A DNA stretch of 64,000 bases from a virus, in the IMG/VR virus record IMGVR_UViG_3300042259_000159; one strand, 5' to 3'. Shown one piece after another: positions 48,849-58,012 of the stretch; the first letter of the stretch is position 1, and each line of letters starts with the position of its first letter. Under the pieces are notes generated by a model. The model was not told the origin of the DNA. It worked only from the letters and a program-made list of their open reading frames with translations, and searched no databases. Made by a program: the position numbers and the translations under genes.

Positions 48849-51800
48849 CTAAATGCTTTTATCTACAAACTTTCTCTGTGGAAAATCAAATTCCCGCCTT
48901 GTTTTATTCCAAGCTTTTACGGGTGTAAAAAACCCAACAACCCTTGTCAGCTGTGTACTTATATCTTCCGAACATATGGGGCATGTACTGAAGGAACCCA
49001 TAGAGACATGGGAGTTGATACACTCAGAGTATACGGTATTAATGGCAAAATGTTCACATCCACAACCCAAAGCAAAACAGATAATTTTCTTGGCCTGCTC
49101 TCTTGTCAGCCTCTGCCCGACAGTGGCATGAACAATCCCCCCGCCTGTTAGGTTTTTAGTATATTCTCCGTCAATTCTGAGCCTGTCCCACAGAGATGCC
49201 TCTTCCCACAAAGGAACAAACTGGTTTGCATAGAGAGGGTATTCTATAAAAGTATCGCCGTGAATGATCTTATCTGCGCTGCAAACTTTTACAGCCATAC
49301 TCTCTGCTGGGATTTGCTCAATGTTGAAGACATATCCTGCGTTCTTCTTGGTATACAATCTAGCTTTTCTGTTAAGAAATGTCAAGATCTTTTTCTTCAA
49401 ATCCCCCTCAACACCGAACCTTTGTTTAAGAACCTTTTCACACTCGTAAAGACCAAGAATACCAAACGTTGAAAAGAGCCTGTTGAGGTCTATCCACCCA
49501 CGCGTTATAAAAGGCTGAAGACCTATTTGTTCAAGGACATGAATCAAGACCTTATGAGCAATCAGAATATCTTTAGCAGCCTCTACACGGTACGTGTATA
49601 TTTTCCAAAAATCATCAATACTCTCGGCCTCAATTGCCATCTTGTTGAAATTAAGAGTAACAACTCTATGGCTCCCGATGCTGGAAAGAACACCGGCACC
49701 GAAAGAATTGGAGGTGGATGCCACATCTAACATCTCTTCATCATTGATCAATCGGCAACAGCTAGCGATCTTTGTGCTCTCAGATGTGAAAATATTGTAG
49801 CGCGAAATGTCTCTATTAAGAAATATTTCCAAACTCTCTTCGTCTGCAAGGATGTAATCATCGCCGTCCTTAGTTTTTGAAATGTTCATCGTGCAAACAG
49901 GGAACCTGTAAGGCATCCCGTTATTTGAGGGATCTCCTTTATCAAAGATGTCTAGGAATATTTCCTGCAATTCAAAAACATAGTCAACACACTCTTCTAT
50001 ATCTACAACACCACCATCTGAAAACATCCACAAAAGATGTTCCTTTATGATGTACCTGAGTTTGTGTTTATCAAACACCGATACATTGGTAAAGGGACTC
50101 TCAACTCCGTCACGACTCAAATGGTTTACGCTGTGAATAAGCTGTTGAAACTCGTTTTCTATCTCTTTCCTCACAGCCTTATCGTTTTTAAGCACATCAA
50201 GGGGAACCTTATTCTTTATCATGAGAAGGTGAGCAACATCTATAAATACAGTACCTATGGCTAGAGCACCAGCAACATGCGATGACATTTGGTGGATTGT
50301 CTCACACAGGGCGGCAATATAACTATTAACTCTTTTTGCCGGTTTAGAGGGCAATACTCCAAAAGTTCTTCCTTCTGTAATGAGATTTGTTGCGTTTAAA
50401 GAATAACAATTATGTTGCACCATTCCGTTTGCATAAAAACGGCCCGTTGCTGTTGTCAAATCATATACGTCTTGAAGCTCCTCTCTAAGCTTTCTTGTAC
50501 TAGGAATGTCTTCAAGATTAAACCTGATGATTTTTACAACCCTGTTGCTTTCGCCCTTGGTGTTTGCTTTTTCATTATACTTATCATAGTCTTCTTTATG
50601 CATCTTCATCTTATCAGAAAGATCAACCATCTTATTCGTACTTGACGGGACAAAGGAAAGGGCATAAATCGAATTAGAAATATCACTCCCTTTTATCCTT
50701 TTTCTAAGGCATCGAATACCTTCAATGCCTCTAAGGACGTCATAAAGTGTGTTTATTACTGCCATAGACTGCAAACAAATCTCCACCCTGCCATTCTTTT
50801 TGTAGGTATATCCGTCCGCGTCTACAAGCCCCGCAACAAGTGCCTCTACAGAATCATTTGTCCAAGAGAGGATGTTCTTAGGAAGAACCTTTGTGAAGCT
50901 ATTTTCTTTGTTCCCGAAACCAAAAAAGGCACTTACAAGAAAATTCATATCATAAGAAGACCAATTAATCTGTCTCTCGACTTTATCACTGGGCTTAAAA
51001 AGATTCGCATCAGGAAACAAGTCTTTTATGATACTATAAATTCTTGAGTTATCAATATCGTTTTGATAAACACTGCAAAGCGTTCCCCCTCTTGTAAATC
51101 TGAAAGAGCCTTTTATGTCCTTACCGTTCATTACGCCATCATCAACACAATACCCTTCAAAGTTCCCATCACCAAGCATAAAGCCAAGAAGGTAGGCCAG
51201 CTTTTCTGGAACAATTATTGTTTTTTCCACGGAGGGCAAACAAGTCTCTGTCAAAACAGCATCCCCAACAGAAAGTTCTGAGGCTATTTTTTCAGTTCCA
51301 TCTTCCATATAGATTGGGTGGTTGTCTGTTACCAAAGCAAAGTGCCCTGCCTCTGTCTGATACAAAGAGAATCCTGTATCCGTTTTATGCTTGATAATAC
51401 GTTGTACAGCAACCCATCCATTGTTTGTATCCCAAACCTCTATATTAACTTTTTCACTCACATTGCAGGCCAACTTACCGGAACGACCTTTTGCGGTGTT
51501 CTTGTTAGTGATGTTCGCACTCACATTATTACGCAGCATTGCTGTTGTAATCTCTAGATCTCTTGTAAGGCCTTTTGTGTTAATTTCCTCATGCGTACCC
51601 CTATTTTCGGAGTGTATTGCAAACATATTGAAAAGCTTTTTAAGAGGAATACAAATAATCTCTCCGTTAATTCTGACAAAAACAGGCGTGTTTCCATAAT
51701 ACGAATATGGAAGGTTTAGCTTCGTGCTGTCGGAGATGGGAAGACTGAAATCCAACATTTCTCCTATAAGCCTTTTAGCCCTCTTCTTGCCGTAGAGTTC

Positions 51801-52151
51801 CTTCATAACACGGTAGAGGAAATCGTACCCTGCAATTTTTTTCTGGGGGGCACTTGCCTCACTCTGTATTCCGGCAATTGTCTTCTCATTCTTATTAGCA
51901 TTGTCATCAATAGAGACATCATTAATGTTTGCATTTAATTGTTTTTGAAACATCTTGAGAAAGTCTGTATTGTCCTGCGAAAGACCATGCAGACGCATAA
52001 GTTTTTCAGCTTTTGTATCAATCTCTTCTTGAGAAAGGGTTGTTTTACGAGAAAGATTCCTTTTCAAAGCCTTAAGCATCTGTTTCCGTGTGTATTCAAT
52101 CTCAGCATCATTTGTAAAAGATGAAGAAAAACCTTTAGCTATGCTATTCAA
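48849..52151 (-). CDS. nrdD: anaerobic ribonucleoside-triphosphate reductase (class III) carrying an intein
   Basis: C-terminus has four-Cys zinc ribbon (CINSH...CPIC) and glycyl-radical motif TRVVGF...WNKTRREF. Start uncertain: track begins at TTG 52220; TTG at 52151 after AAGGAG is preferred here. Confidence 0.8.
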   Translation of the reverse strand: MNSIAKGFSSSFTNDAEIEYTRKQMLKALKRNLSRKTTLSQEEIDTKAEKLMRLHGLSQDNTDFLKMFQKQLNANINDVSIDDNANKNEKTIAGIQSEASAPQKKIAGYDFLYRVMKELYGKKRAKRLIGEMLDFSLPISDSTKLNLPYSYYGNTPVFVRINGEIICIPLKKLFNMFAIHSENRGTHEEINTKGLTRDLEITTAMLRNNVSANITNKNTAKGRSGKLACNVSEKVNIEVWDTNNGWVAVQRIIKHKTDTGFSLYQTEAGHFALVTDNHPIYMEDGTEKIASELSVGDAVLTETCLPSVEKTIIVPEKLAYLLGFMLGDGNFEGYCVDDGVMNGKDIKGSFRFTRGGTLCSVYQNDIDNSRIYSIIKDLFPDANLFKPSDKVERQINWSSYDMNFLVSAFFGFGNKENSFTKVLPKNILSWTNDSVEALVAGLVDADGYTYKKNGRVEICLQSMAVINTLYDVLRGIEGIRCLRKRIKGSDISNSIYALSFVPSSTNKMVDLSDKMKMHKEDYDKYNEKANTKGESNRVVKIIRFNLEDIPSTRKLREELQDVYDLTTATGRFYANGMVQHNCYSLNATNLITEGRTFGVLPSKPAKRVNSYIAALCETIHQMSSHVAGALAIGTVFIDVAHLLMIKNKVPLDVLKNDKAVRKEIENEFQQLIHSVNHLSRDGVESPFTNVSVFDKHKLRYIIKEHLLWMFSDGGVVDIEECVDYVFELQEIFLDIFDKGDPSNNGMPYRFPVCTMNISKTKDGDDYILADEESLEIFLNRDISRYNIFTSESTKIASCCRLINDEEMLDVASTSNSFGAGVLSSIGSHRVVTLNFNKMAIEAESIDDFWKIYTYRVEAAKDILIAHKVLIHVLEQIGLQPFITRGWIDLNRLFSTFGILGLYECEKVLKQRFGVEGDLKKKILTFLNRKARLYTKKNAGYVFNIEQIPAESMAVKVCSADKIIHGDTFIEYPLYANQFVPLWEEASLWDRLRIDGEYTKNLTGGGIVHATVGQRLTREQAKKIICFALGCGCEHFAINTVYSECINSHVSMGSFSTCPICSEDISTQLTRVVGFFTPVKAWNKTRREFDFPQRKFVDKSI
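50409..51467 (-). mobile_element. intein with LAGLIDADG homing-endonuclease domain inside nrdD
   Basis: In-frame insert with block B GHFALVTDNH, two LAGLIDADG motifs (LLGFMLGDGNF, LVAGLVDADGY), C-terminal block VYDLTTATGRFYANGMVQHN followed by Cys. N-terminal boundary (CNVSEK vs earlier Cys) uncertain. Confidence 0.6.
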
Positions 52152-52659
52152 AGCAGTAAACTCCTTCTTTTGTAAGTTTAACATAATTATTATTATAAAG
52201 TTCTTGGTTAGACGAACCAAGTACGAGTTTTGTCCTTTGCCCTTTTGTTGTATCTGACTGGTGCAGTTCTTTTATATACTCTCCTGTTTTTATAAATTTG
52301 AAACCGTTAAGATTAAGGTATTTAACAGTGTCAATATCGTATCCAGTATAAATACATATGTTAAAACACCCACCGTATTGTTCTAAGAACTGTGCTGTAA
52401 ACCCTCTGTTGCAGGAGGCTAGCGGATCTCCACCAAGAAGTACAATATTATTTGTGCGGTATTTTAAGGTCTCCTGTTTACAATGGTTGTAGAAGTCTTC
52501 AATGGAAAATTCCACACCACCCTGATATTCAGGGTTTTGCAGGGAGGGGTTATGACACCCCTTACAGGAAAAATCACACCCACACATAAAAAGACTTACT
52601 GCCCACCCATCCTTTGAGGGGTAGTCTGTAAATGTCATCTCAGAACCTGCAAATCTCAT
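52144..52659 (-). CDS. nrdG: anaerobic RNR activating enzyme (radical SAM)
   Basis: Track ORF 171 aa; radical-SAM Cys motif CDFSCKGC (C-x3-C-x2-C) near the N-terminus. Confidence 0.8.
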   Translation of the reverse strand: MRFAGSEMTFTDYPSKDGWAVSLFMCGCDFSCKGCHNPSLQNPEYQGGVEFSIEDFYNHCKQETLKYRTNNIVLLGGDPLASCNRGFTAQFLEQYGGCFNICIYTGYDIDTVKYLNLNGFKFIKTGEYIKELHQSDTTKGQRTKLVLGSSNQELYNNNYVKLTKEGVYCFE

Positions 52660-52661
52660 TT

Positions 52662-53258
52662 TTATCCTTCTCTTTCCAGAGCAACATCTATAAGGGATTG
52701 GAACTCCGGCGGGAGGCTGTTATACATTTTTTGTGCCATTTCCCTTATTTCCCACTGTGCGTCTTTTGCCATACGGAGTTTTAGAAAATTGATTAATGCT
52801 CTTAGATTCATTGTTACCATAATTTTTGTGGTAGTTGCGTTCGGGAACACAAAACGTGCATCCTCTTTTTTAACCCCAGCATCAAGCAGGCGATTGTATG
52901 TGTCCCATATAACCTCCATTGTATCTTCATAAAGATCACGAATATAGCCATCCTCGTGCTCTGATATGCTTGGTGGAGTGACATAAGAAGGCTCTTCTGT
53001 CTTTACATACCTTTGACTTGCCTGTGTATATGATGCAATACGGTGTCTTACCTGTTGATGTGTTAGTGCGCGGGATACCCCTGTAATTTCAAAACAAAAA
53101 GCAGAATGCTCCACAACACTTTCGTGTCCTTTCTTAATACACTTTTTAACAAGCGCTGTATCACTCGCACCCCCATTGTCAGAAACACTTTCATAGGGTA
53201 TTCTGGCAGCACGACAAATAGTTGTGTATTTCAAACAATCAACAAGTTCTACTTTCAT
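52662..53258 (-). CDS. thyX: flavin-dependent thymidylate synthase
   Basis: ThyX signature RHRIASYTQASQRY. Start set at MKVELV after AAGGAGG; track ORF extends 7 codons upstream. Confidence 0.85.
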   Translation of the reverse strand: MKVELVDCLKYTTICRAARIPYESVSDNGGASDTALVKKCIKKGHESVVEHSAFCFEITGVSRALTHQQVRHRIASYTQASQRYVKTEEPSYVTPPSISEHEDGYIRDLYEDTMEVIWDTYNRLLDAGVKKEDARFVFPNATTTKIMVTMNLRALINFLKLRMAKDAQWEIREMAQKMYNSLPPEFQSLIDVALEREG

Positions 53259-53422
53259 TACGCCTCCTTTTTTACCCAAGATGTGGGCTTATAATCATTG
53301 CCTATTCGGCAGTTTTTACACTCTACCTTCCTGTGGTGTCTATAGGGGCCACTTGCACAGCTTATGCATGTAAGATTTGTCTCAACATGCCCACGGTTTT
53401 TCCTCTCTACAAAGACATTCAT
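53258..53422 (-). CDS. small zinc-ribbon protein
   Basis: Hand-translated 54 aa ORF (MNVFVERKNRGHVETNLTCISCASGPYRHHRKVECKNCRIG...); its TAA overlaps the thyX ATG. Below the track size cutoff. Confidence 0.35.
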   Translation of the reverse strand: MNVFVERKNRGHVETNLTCISCASGPYRHHRKVECKNCRIGNDYKPTSWVKKEA

Positions 53423-53590
53423 CGTTTCTCCTTTTTGCGTTGATAGGTGAATTTAATATTCCCAACCCTTGCAGGTATAACACTCTTTTCAATAACACGC
53501 CCACATGCCTTTTCAGGAATGGAGAAGGTATCTATAATTTCCCCATTACTATTAAACACCACTATAGTATCCACAAAACCCCCTAAAGGC

Positions 53591-53612
53591 TGAAAAAGCC
53601 GCTTTTAGCGGC
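53591..53612 (-). terminator. rho-independent terminator
   Basis: Minus-sense hairpin gccgctaaaagcggc followed by ttttt, at the 3' end of the phosphoesterase gene. Confidence 0.5.
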
Positions 53613-54579
53613 AAAAATAAATGTCTGGTGAGAAGGTTAGAAGATCTTTTGTATGCACTGAGTATGAGATATCGTTCAAATCCTGTGCTTCGTGTAAAAT
53701 ATCAAACACAAGGAACCCGAAATCTACTGTTCCAGAACATTTCCTCTCTCCGAAAATTGTCTTTGGACCTTGAAGAGATGGACAAGACATCGCCATATAT
53801 TTTGTTGTACTGTTTGCAATGTGGTAGTGAACATGCCCACGGAGAATTACATCGCTTTTAGGCTGCATCTTTTTCTCTTCCCATAGGCGATTCCAGACAT
53901 ATTCTTTCGAAAGCTGTGTTGCCCTCCCGTGAGGGATTCCACTACTTCCAATGGCATGTCTGAGGTCAAAAAGAATCCCATTAATATCTACCCACAACCT
54001 ACCATCAAAAATAGCACCTATCTCTTTAGCTAGAACCTCTTCAAAATCCTCACCACCGGCATATGTATGGTAACCTGTCCCACCAACTAGAAAAATATTC
54101 TTACACGGGATTGAATCGAAGACTTGAACAGCTATATCTACTTGCTCGTTGAGGGATGAGGTTATCAGTCCATTTCCACCATCCTTAGATGCCTTGCCAT
54201 CAATTGCATCGCCTATGTGAAAAAGTGCATCGATATGGCCTAAGGATGAAACCCCTGTAGAGAAAAAGTCCCACATCTCTTCTTGCATAGAGGCAATCTT
54301 CTTTCTTTCCTCTTTGCTTCCTCCTTGAACGTTAAACATCCAGTCTGGAGGTGTCAAACCAACCTTACTTCCGCAGTGGGTATCCGAGATAACCAAAACC
54401 CTTGAGAAATCCCTTTTACACCTTTCCTCCTCTTTTTCCCACTTTGTGAGACCCTTATACTTATCCTTAAGAAAGTCGTGAACAGAAGATTTTGGAACCC
54501 CTGTTGCGGCAGAAATCTGCCTTATAGACTTCCCAGCCTTTTGCATTATAAGAGCAACCTCTTTCTGATATTCCTCCAT
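53605..54579 (-). CDS. calcineurin-like metallophosphoesterase with N-terminal HTH
   Basis: Track ORF 324 aa; metallophosphoesterase motifs DTHCG, GDAIDG, GHVH. Confidence 0.7.
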   Translation of the reverse strand: MEEYQKEVALIMQKAGKSIRQISAATGVPKSSVHDFLKDKYKGLTKWEKEEERCKRDFSRVLVISDTHCGSKVGLTPPDWMFNVQGGSKEERKKIASMQEEMWDFFSTGVSSLGHIDALFHIGDAIDGKASKDGGNGLITSSLNEQVDIAVQVFDSIPCKNIFLVGGTGYHTYAGGEDFEEVLAKEIGAIFDGRLWVDINGILFDLRHAIGSSGIPHGRATQLSKEYVWNRLWEEKKMQPKSDVILRGHVHYHIANSTTKYMAMSCPSLQGPKTIFGERKCSGTVDFGFLVFDILHEAQDLNDISYSVHTKDLLTFSPDIYFCR

Positions 54580-54616
54580 CTAACCTCCTTTACTCCTGTT
54601 TTTGGGAATAGAAATA

Positions 54617-54644
54617 TGGTACTGGCAGCGGGATTCGAACCCAC
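54617..54644 (-). pseudogene. orphan tRNA 3' fragment (T-arm + acceptor 3' strand + CCA)
   Basis: Minus-sense GTGGGTTCGAATCCCGC TGCCAGT A CCA with no matching 5' half nearby; its acceptor 3' strand pairs perfectly with the 5' acceptor strand of the aberrant tRNA at 55246-55323. Confidence 0.4.
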
Positions 54645-54658
54645 ACTGAAGGGGGGAT

Positions 54659-55108
54659 TTACTTATCTCTCTGGTAGTAGTGCTTTGATATTGCACTTCT
54701 TTCCATTTTTTGAATTTTTTTATTCTGAACGTCGGACCCATAACGTCCAGAACACGTTCTGGAACAAAAGGGCCCAGCTTTATTTTTAATGTTTCTCTGT
54801 GTCACCGTTGGCGTAAAAAGAGAATCGCAATATGGACACTTTACTTCTTCCACTCTCACCCTTACCACATCAAGCGAAGCATGGGAGGATCTACACAAAA
54901 CTTGTAAATTTTCAATTTTGTTGTTCAGTGGATTTCTATCAATGTGGTCAACTGTCTCAGATGGATCTAAAACTCTGCCCAGATGCACTTCCATTATAAT
55001 TCTGGAAGCCTGTTTAGCAGTTCTTTTAATTCCATCATATAAAACAATGACCAGTCTACCGTCTTTCCTTAAATATGGCCCATAAATTTTTTTACACTCT
55101 GGGTACAA
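54659..55108 (-). CDS. HNH homing endonuclease inserted in tRNA array
   Basis: HNH core HIDRNPLNNKIENLQVLCRSSH. Track ORF 54659-55192 would overlap tRNA-Leu, so the start is placed at TTG near 55108. Confidence 0.7.
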   Translation of the reverse strand: MYPECKKIYGPYLRKDGRLVIVLYDGIKRTAKQASRIIMEVHLGRVLDPSETVDHIDRNPLNNKIENLQVLCRSSHASLDVVRVRVEEVKCPYCDSLFTPTVTQRNIKNKAGPFCSRTCSGRYGSDVQNKKIQKMERSAISKHYYQRDK

Positions 55109-55122
55109 TTTTTGAATGTGTT

Positions 55123-55206
55123 TGGTAGGAGAAGAGAGATTCGAACTCTCAAGGAATAATCCGTCGAGGCTTAAACTCGATGTGTTTACCATTTCACCAT
55201 TCTCCC
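55123..55206 (-). tRNA. tRNA-Leu (anticodon TAA), type II, CCA encoded
   Basis: Hand-folded cloverleaf: acceptor GGGAGAA/TTCTCCT, anticodon stem TCGAG/CTCGA with loop TTTAAGC, long variable arm, T-arm GAGAG-TTCGAAT-CTCTC. Confidence 0.7.
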
Positions 55207-55245
55207 GTATTTTTTATCTACCATTCCGCCATTCCCGCATTTATT

Positions 55246-55323
55246 TGGTACCCACTGTGAGATTCGAACCCACACTAATCAGTTTCTAAGACTGATGCCT
55301 CTGCCAAGTTGGGCTATACCAGT
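55246..55323 (-). tRNA. aberrant tRNA-like gene (anticodon TAG, type I architecture, poorly paired acceptor stem)
   Basis: Good D-, anticodon (TCAGT-CTTAGAA-ACTGA) and T-arms, but 5' acceptor ACTGGTA mispairs with the adjacent 3' strand AGTGGGT. Confidence 0.4.
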
Positions 55324-55581
55324 ATTATGCTTATTATTTTATTTTGAAAGGCCATATGTATACACATATATATATATACATATATATATGTATAGAGCAA
55401 CCAAAATGGTTAAATAAAAAGGTGTTTTGTGGAGACACCAAACTCCTCCAGTTTTAGTGATCTGGAAACAATAAGCGGCGCAGGTGCTCTTTAAAACACG
55501 TGCTACCAAGCGTATAAATTGTCTAGGGGATTTCACCAAACACATTATGTTATTGGAGGGATCTTTCCCTAGACTCAGTAA

Positions 55582-55654
55582 AGCTCCTGACAGGACTTGA
55601 ACCCGCAACCGGCTGATTACAAATCAGCTGCTCTGCCAGTTGAGCTACAGGAGC
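55582..55654 (-). tRNA. tRNA-Thr (anticodon TGT), no encoded CCA
   Basis: Acceptor GCTCCTG/CAGGAGC, D-arm GCTC...GAGC, anticodon loop TTTGTAA, T-loop TTCAAGT. Confidence 0.7.
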
Positions 55655-55658
55655 AGAA

Positions 55659-55730
55659 CAGAGGGAGAAGGATTCGAACCTTCGAATGACGGGACCAAAA
55701 CCCGTTGCCTTACCGCTTGGCTACCCCTCT
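55659..55730 (-). tRNA. tRNA-Gln (anticodon TTG), no encoded CCA
   Basis: Acceptor AGAGGGG/TCCCTCT, anticodon stem ACGGG/CCCGT with loop TTTTGGT, T-arm GAAGG-TTCGAAT-CCTTC. Confidence 0.7.
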
Positions 55731-55738
55731 AAATTTTT

Positions 55739-55815
55739 TGGCTCCGGCGGCAGGATTTGAACCTACATTCGCAATGGTTAACAGCCATTTGCCTTACCAA
55801 TTCGGCGACACCGGA
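55739..55815 (-). tRNA. tRNA-Asn (anticodon GTT), CCA encoded
   Basis: Acceptor TCCGGTG/CGCCGGA, anticodon stem AATGG/CCATT with loop CTGTTAA, T-arm GTAGG-TTCAAAT-CCTGC. Confidence 0.7.
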
Positions 55816-55860
55816 ATGAACTTTTTATTTGTTATCAGCATTGTTTTGCTTTATTTTAAA

Positions 55861-55939
55861 TGGTCTCGGTGATTAGATTTGAACTAATGATTATTCCTGC
55901 TCCCAAAGCAGGTGCCATACCAAGCTAGGCGACACCGAG
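55861..55939 (-). tRNA. tRNA-Pro (anticodon TGG), CCA encoded
   Basis: Acceptor CTCGGTG/CACCGAG, anticodon stem CCTGC/GCAGG with loop TTTGGGA, T-arm ATTAG-TTCAAAT-CTAAT. Confidence 0.65.
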
Positions 55940-56416
55940 ATCAGGTGTGGTACCAAACTCCACTATGGGCAGAGGTTATAAGAAGGTCCGTACATGATAT
56001 AGACAGATATTCTTCCATAACAGCGGTACGGACGCTGTCTCATTTTTATATCTTTCAGTGTGCTATTACGCCAAAGGGAAATTAAGCCTTACCAGTTACG
56101 GGGTGCCCTTTTACTATCCACAAAGAATTTCAAATCGCGTGCATTCTAAGTATCGGAAAATTCTACAACCACTTAAAGTACACCTCGTTTAAGAGATAGC
56201 GACCTGTGCTTCGTCCCACTCTTTAAAGGATGGCTGCCTCAAAGCCCACCTCCTGAAAAATGCATGAAGGATTATCCCTCCTTCGCTAAATACAACCTAT
56301 CAATTTTAAGGGTTCTTGTCAAGAACATTTTAAGGTTTTTGAAATTTTTGTTGAACGCTGATTTGCTACGCGGGTACAGCGTTCGAAACCTCGATAGCAT
56401 CCTTGCCGTTGGCAAA

Positions 56417-56506
56417 GCTGTCAGGAGCCGCAGGAGGAGAATTGAACTCCTCTGGCATCAACACGCAGTCACCACAACTACATCTACCGTTACGGGTATG
56501 GCTCCC
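56417..56506 (-). other. tRNA-like element (T-arm and acceptor helix, non-canonical D/anticodon region)
   Basis: Minus-sense GGAGCCA...GAGGAG-TTCAATT-CTCCTC...CGGCTCC; lies just outside the right-end hairpin of the tnpB element. Confidence 0.3.
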
Positions 56507-56574
56507 CATCCTAGTCACCTGTTGATACCTTATAGGTTCAGCCCTACCAAGGGCACTGCGGCTTAAGTGGGTTG

Positions 56575-56860
56575 GTTGGTGCAGATTGTGAACGTACCCC
56601 CGCCTATAGAGGCGGAAGCTTCCTGCTTCAGCGAGAACAGCACCAGTAACTCCGAAGAGTTGTGGCGAATTACACTCTCTCCACAGGCGTAAATTCCCGT
56701 GCGACCCACGGTACTTTATGAGTTACGCTAGGCAGATATTCGCCCAGCTTCTTCTCTAATATTTATTGCAGCGTTCTTGTCACGGTTATGATGACTGCCA
56801 CACTTAAGGCAATCCCATTCCCGCACAGACAAGTCTTTGGTATCCTTGTTCTGGTAGCCA
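56575..56860 (-). ncRNA. candidate TnpB guide RNA (omega/reRNA) region at the element right end
   Basis: By analogy with IS200/IS605 TnpB systems the guide RNA overlaps the tnpB 3' end and runs to the right-end hairpin (56600-56615). Not folded or aligned. Confidence 0.3.
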
Positions 56861-57965
56861 CAGACATGGCATAGCTGACTGCTTGGATACCATTTGTCTA
56901 TCTTGATAAGTTGCTTACCCTGCCATGCAAGTTTGTATTTCAGCATACTTGTGAACATGCTCCAGCCGTTGTCGGATATGGATTTACCAAAGTTGAACTT
57001 GCCACCCTTCTTTCGCTTCGCCATGTCCTTTACGCTAATGTCCTCTATGCCAATCACATCATAGCGGTCTGCAAGATAACGAGCTTTCTTATGCAGGAAG
57101 TCGCGGCGTTGATTAGCAATTTTCTCATGGAGTACAGCCAAACGTAGTCTTTGTTTATTCCTATTACGGCTCCCTTTTTGTCTCTTGGAGAGTTTTCTTT
57201 GTGCCTTGATCAATCTCTTTTCGGCTTCCCGTAAGAAATTTGGATAATCGGCGTTGTCCTCATCGGAAGCAACATACATCCCGTGCATAGCAAAATCCAA
57301 TCCAAGAAAATTCTTCGGTATGATGGGAAGTATTTGGTTTTCATACTCCACCAAAATACTAATATAGTATTTTCCTGACGGTGTTTTACTTATGGTTACA
57401 GTCTTTATGGTGCTATTCTCCATCAATGGACGATGCAGACACAGCTTTACCCAACCTATTTTCGGCAGCTTGACTTTGTTTCCCTCGATTCTTACAGAGC
57501 CATGTTGGTTGTTCGTAGAATATGAAGCATGACCCGCTTTCTTCGACTTGAAGCGTGGCTTGCAAAAATGCTTCCTATTGCTCCAAAAGTTGTTATACGC
57601 CTTGTTCAGGTTTATTTGGGCATTGGCGAGAGCAAGGCTGTCAACCTCTTTCAGCCAAGGAAACTCTTTCTTGTACTGTGCAGGTGTGTTGTTCAGCCTC
57701 TCTCCTGTTTCCTTATAGTGATCAAGACGATCTCCAAGCATCTTGTTATAGATGAATCTGGCACTGCCGAAAGTCTTGGCAAACATAATCTTCTGTTCAA
57801 TTGTCGGGTAGAGTCTATATCGGTATGCCTTATTCACTATAATCACCTGCCTTGATTTTCTATGTATTTACGAATTGTCTCAAACGGAGCAATTATCTGG
57901 CTCAACTACTTACGTAAATTCGCTAGACACACCTTCATCCCCCACCTTAGAGGTGGAGGGCTTCT
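56590..57965 (-). mobile_element. IS200/IS605-family insertion element carrying tnpB only
   Basis: tnpB flanked by similar imperfect palindromes: cccgcctatagaggcgg (56600-56615) and ccaccttagaggtgg (57942-57956). No Y1 tnpA. Inserted between tandem tRNA-Leu genes and the rest of the tRNA array. Confidence 0.65.
56728..57846 (-). CDS. tnpB: TnpB (RuvC-like RNA-guided endonuclease, IS605 OrfB family)
   Basis: Track ORF 372 aa; N-terminal YRYRLYPT, RuvC-like region, C-terminal zinc finger CHVCGY...CLKCG. Confidence 0.85.
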   Translation of the reverse strand: MIIVNKAYRYRLYPTIEQKIMFAKTFGSARFIYNKMLGDRLDHYKETGERLNNTPAQYKKEFPWLKEVDSLALANAQINLNKAYNNFWSNRKHFCKPRFKSKKAGHASYSTNNQHGSVRIEGNKVKLPKIGWVKLCLHRPLMENSTIKTVTISKTPSGKYYISILVEYENQILPIIPKNFLGLDFAMHGMYVASDEDNADYPNFLREAEKRLIKAQRKLSKRQKGSRNRNKQRLRLAVLHEKIANQRRDFLHKKARYLADRYDVIGIEDISVKDMAKRKKGGKFNFGKSISDNGWSMFTSMLKYKLAWQGKQLIKIDKWYPSSQLCHVCGYQNKDTKDLSVREWDCLKCGSHHNRDKNAAINIREEAGRISA

Positions 57966-57987
57966 GGCGGGTTAGGTTAAATCCCTT

Positions 57988-58012
57988 GTGTCTACTAATT
58001 CCACCAATCGGG
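57988..58012 (-). pseudogene. truncated tRNA 5' fragment (acceptor + D-arm) adjacent to the tnpB element left end
   Basis: Minus-sense GCCCGATTGGTGGAATTAGTAGACAC duplicates the 5' 26 nt of tRNA-Leu(TAA) at 58023-58109, including the aaagatttt spacer, but has no anticodon or T-arm. Confidence 0.45.

Noticed and set aside
56264-56566. Plus-strand ORF of 100 aa
   Set aside because: It lies in the non-coding stretch holding the tRNA-like element and the right end of the tnpB element, on the opposite strand to all neighbouring genes, with no RBS.
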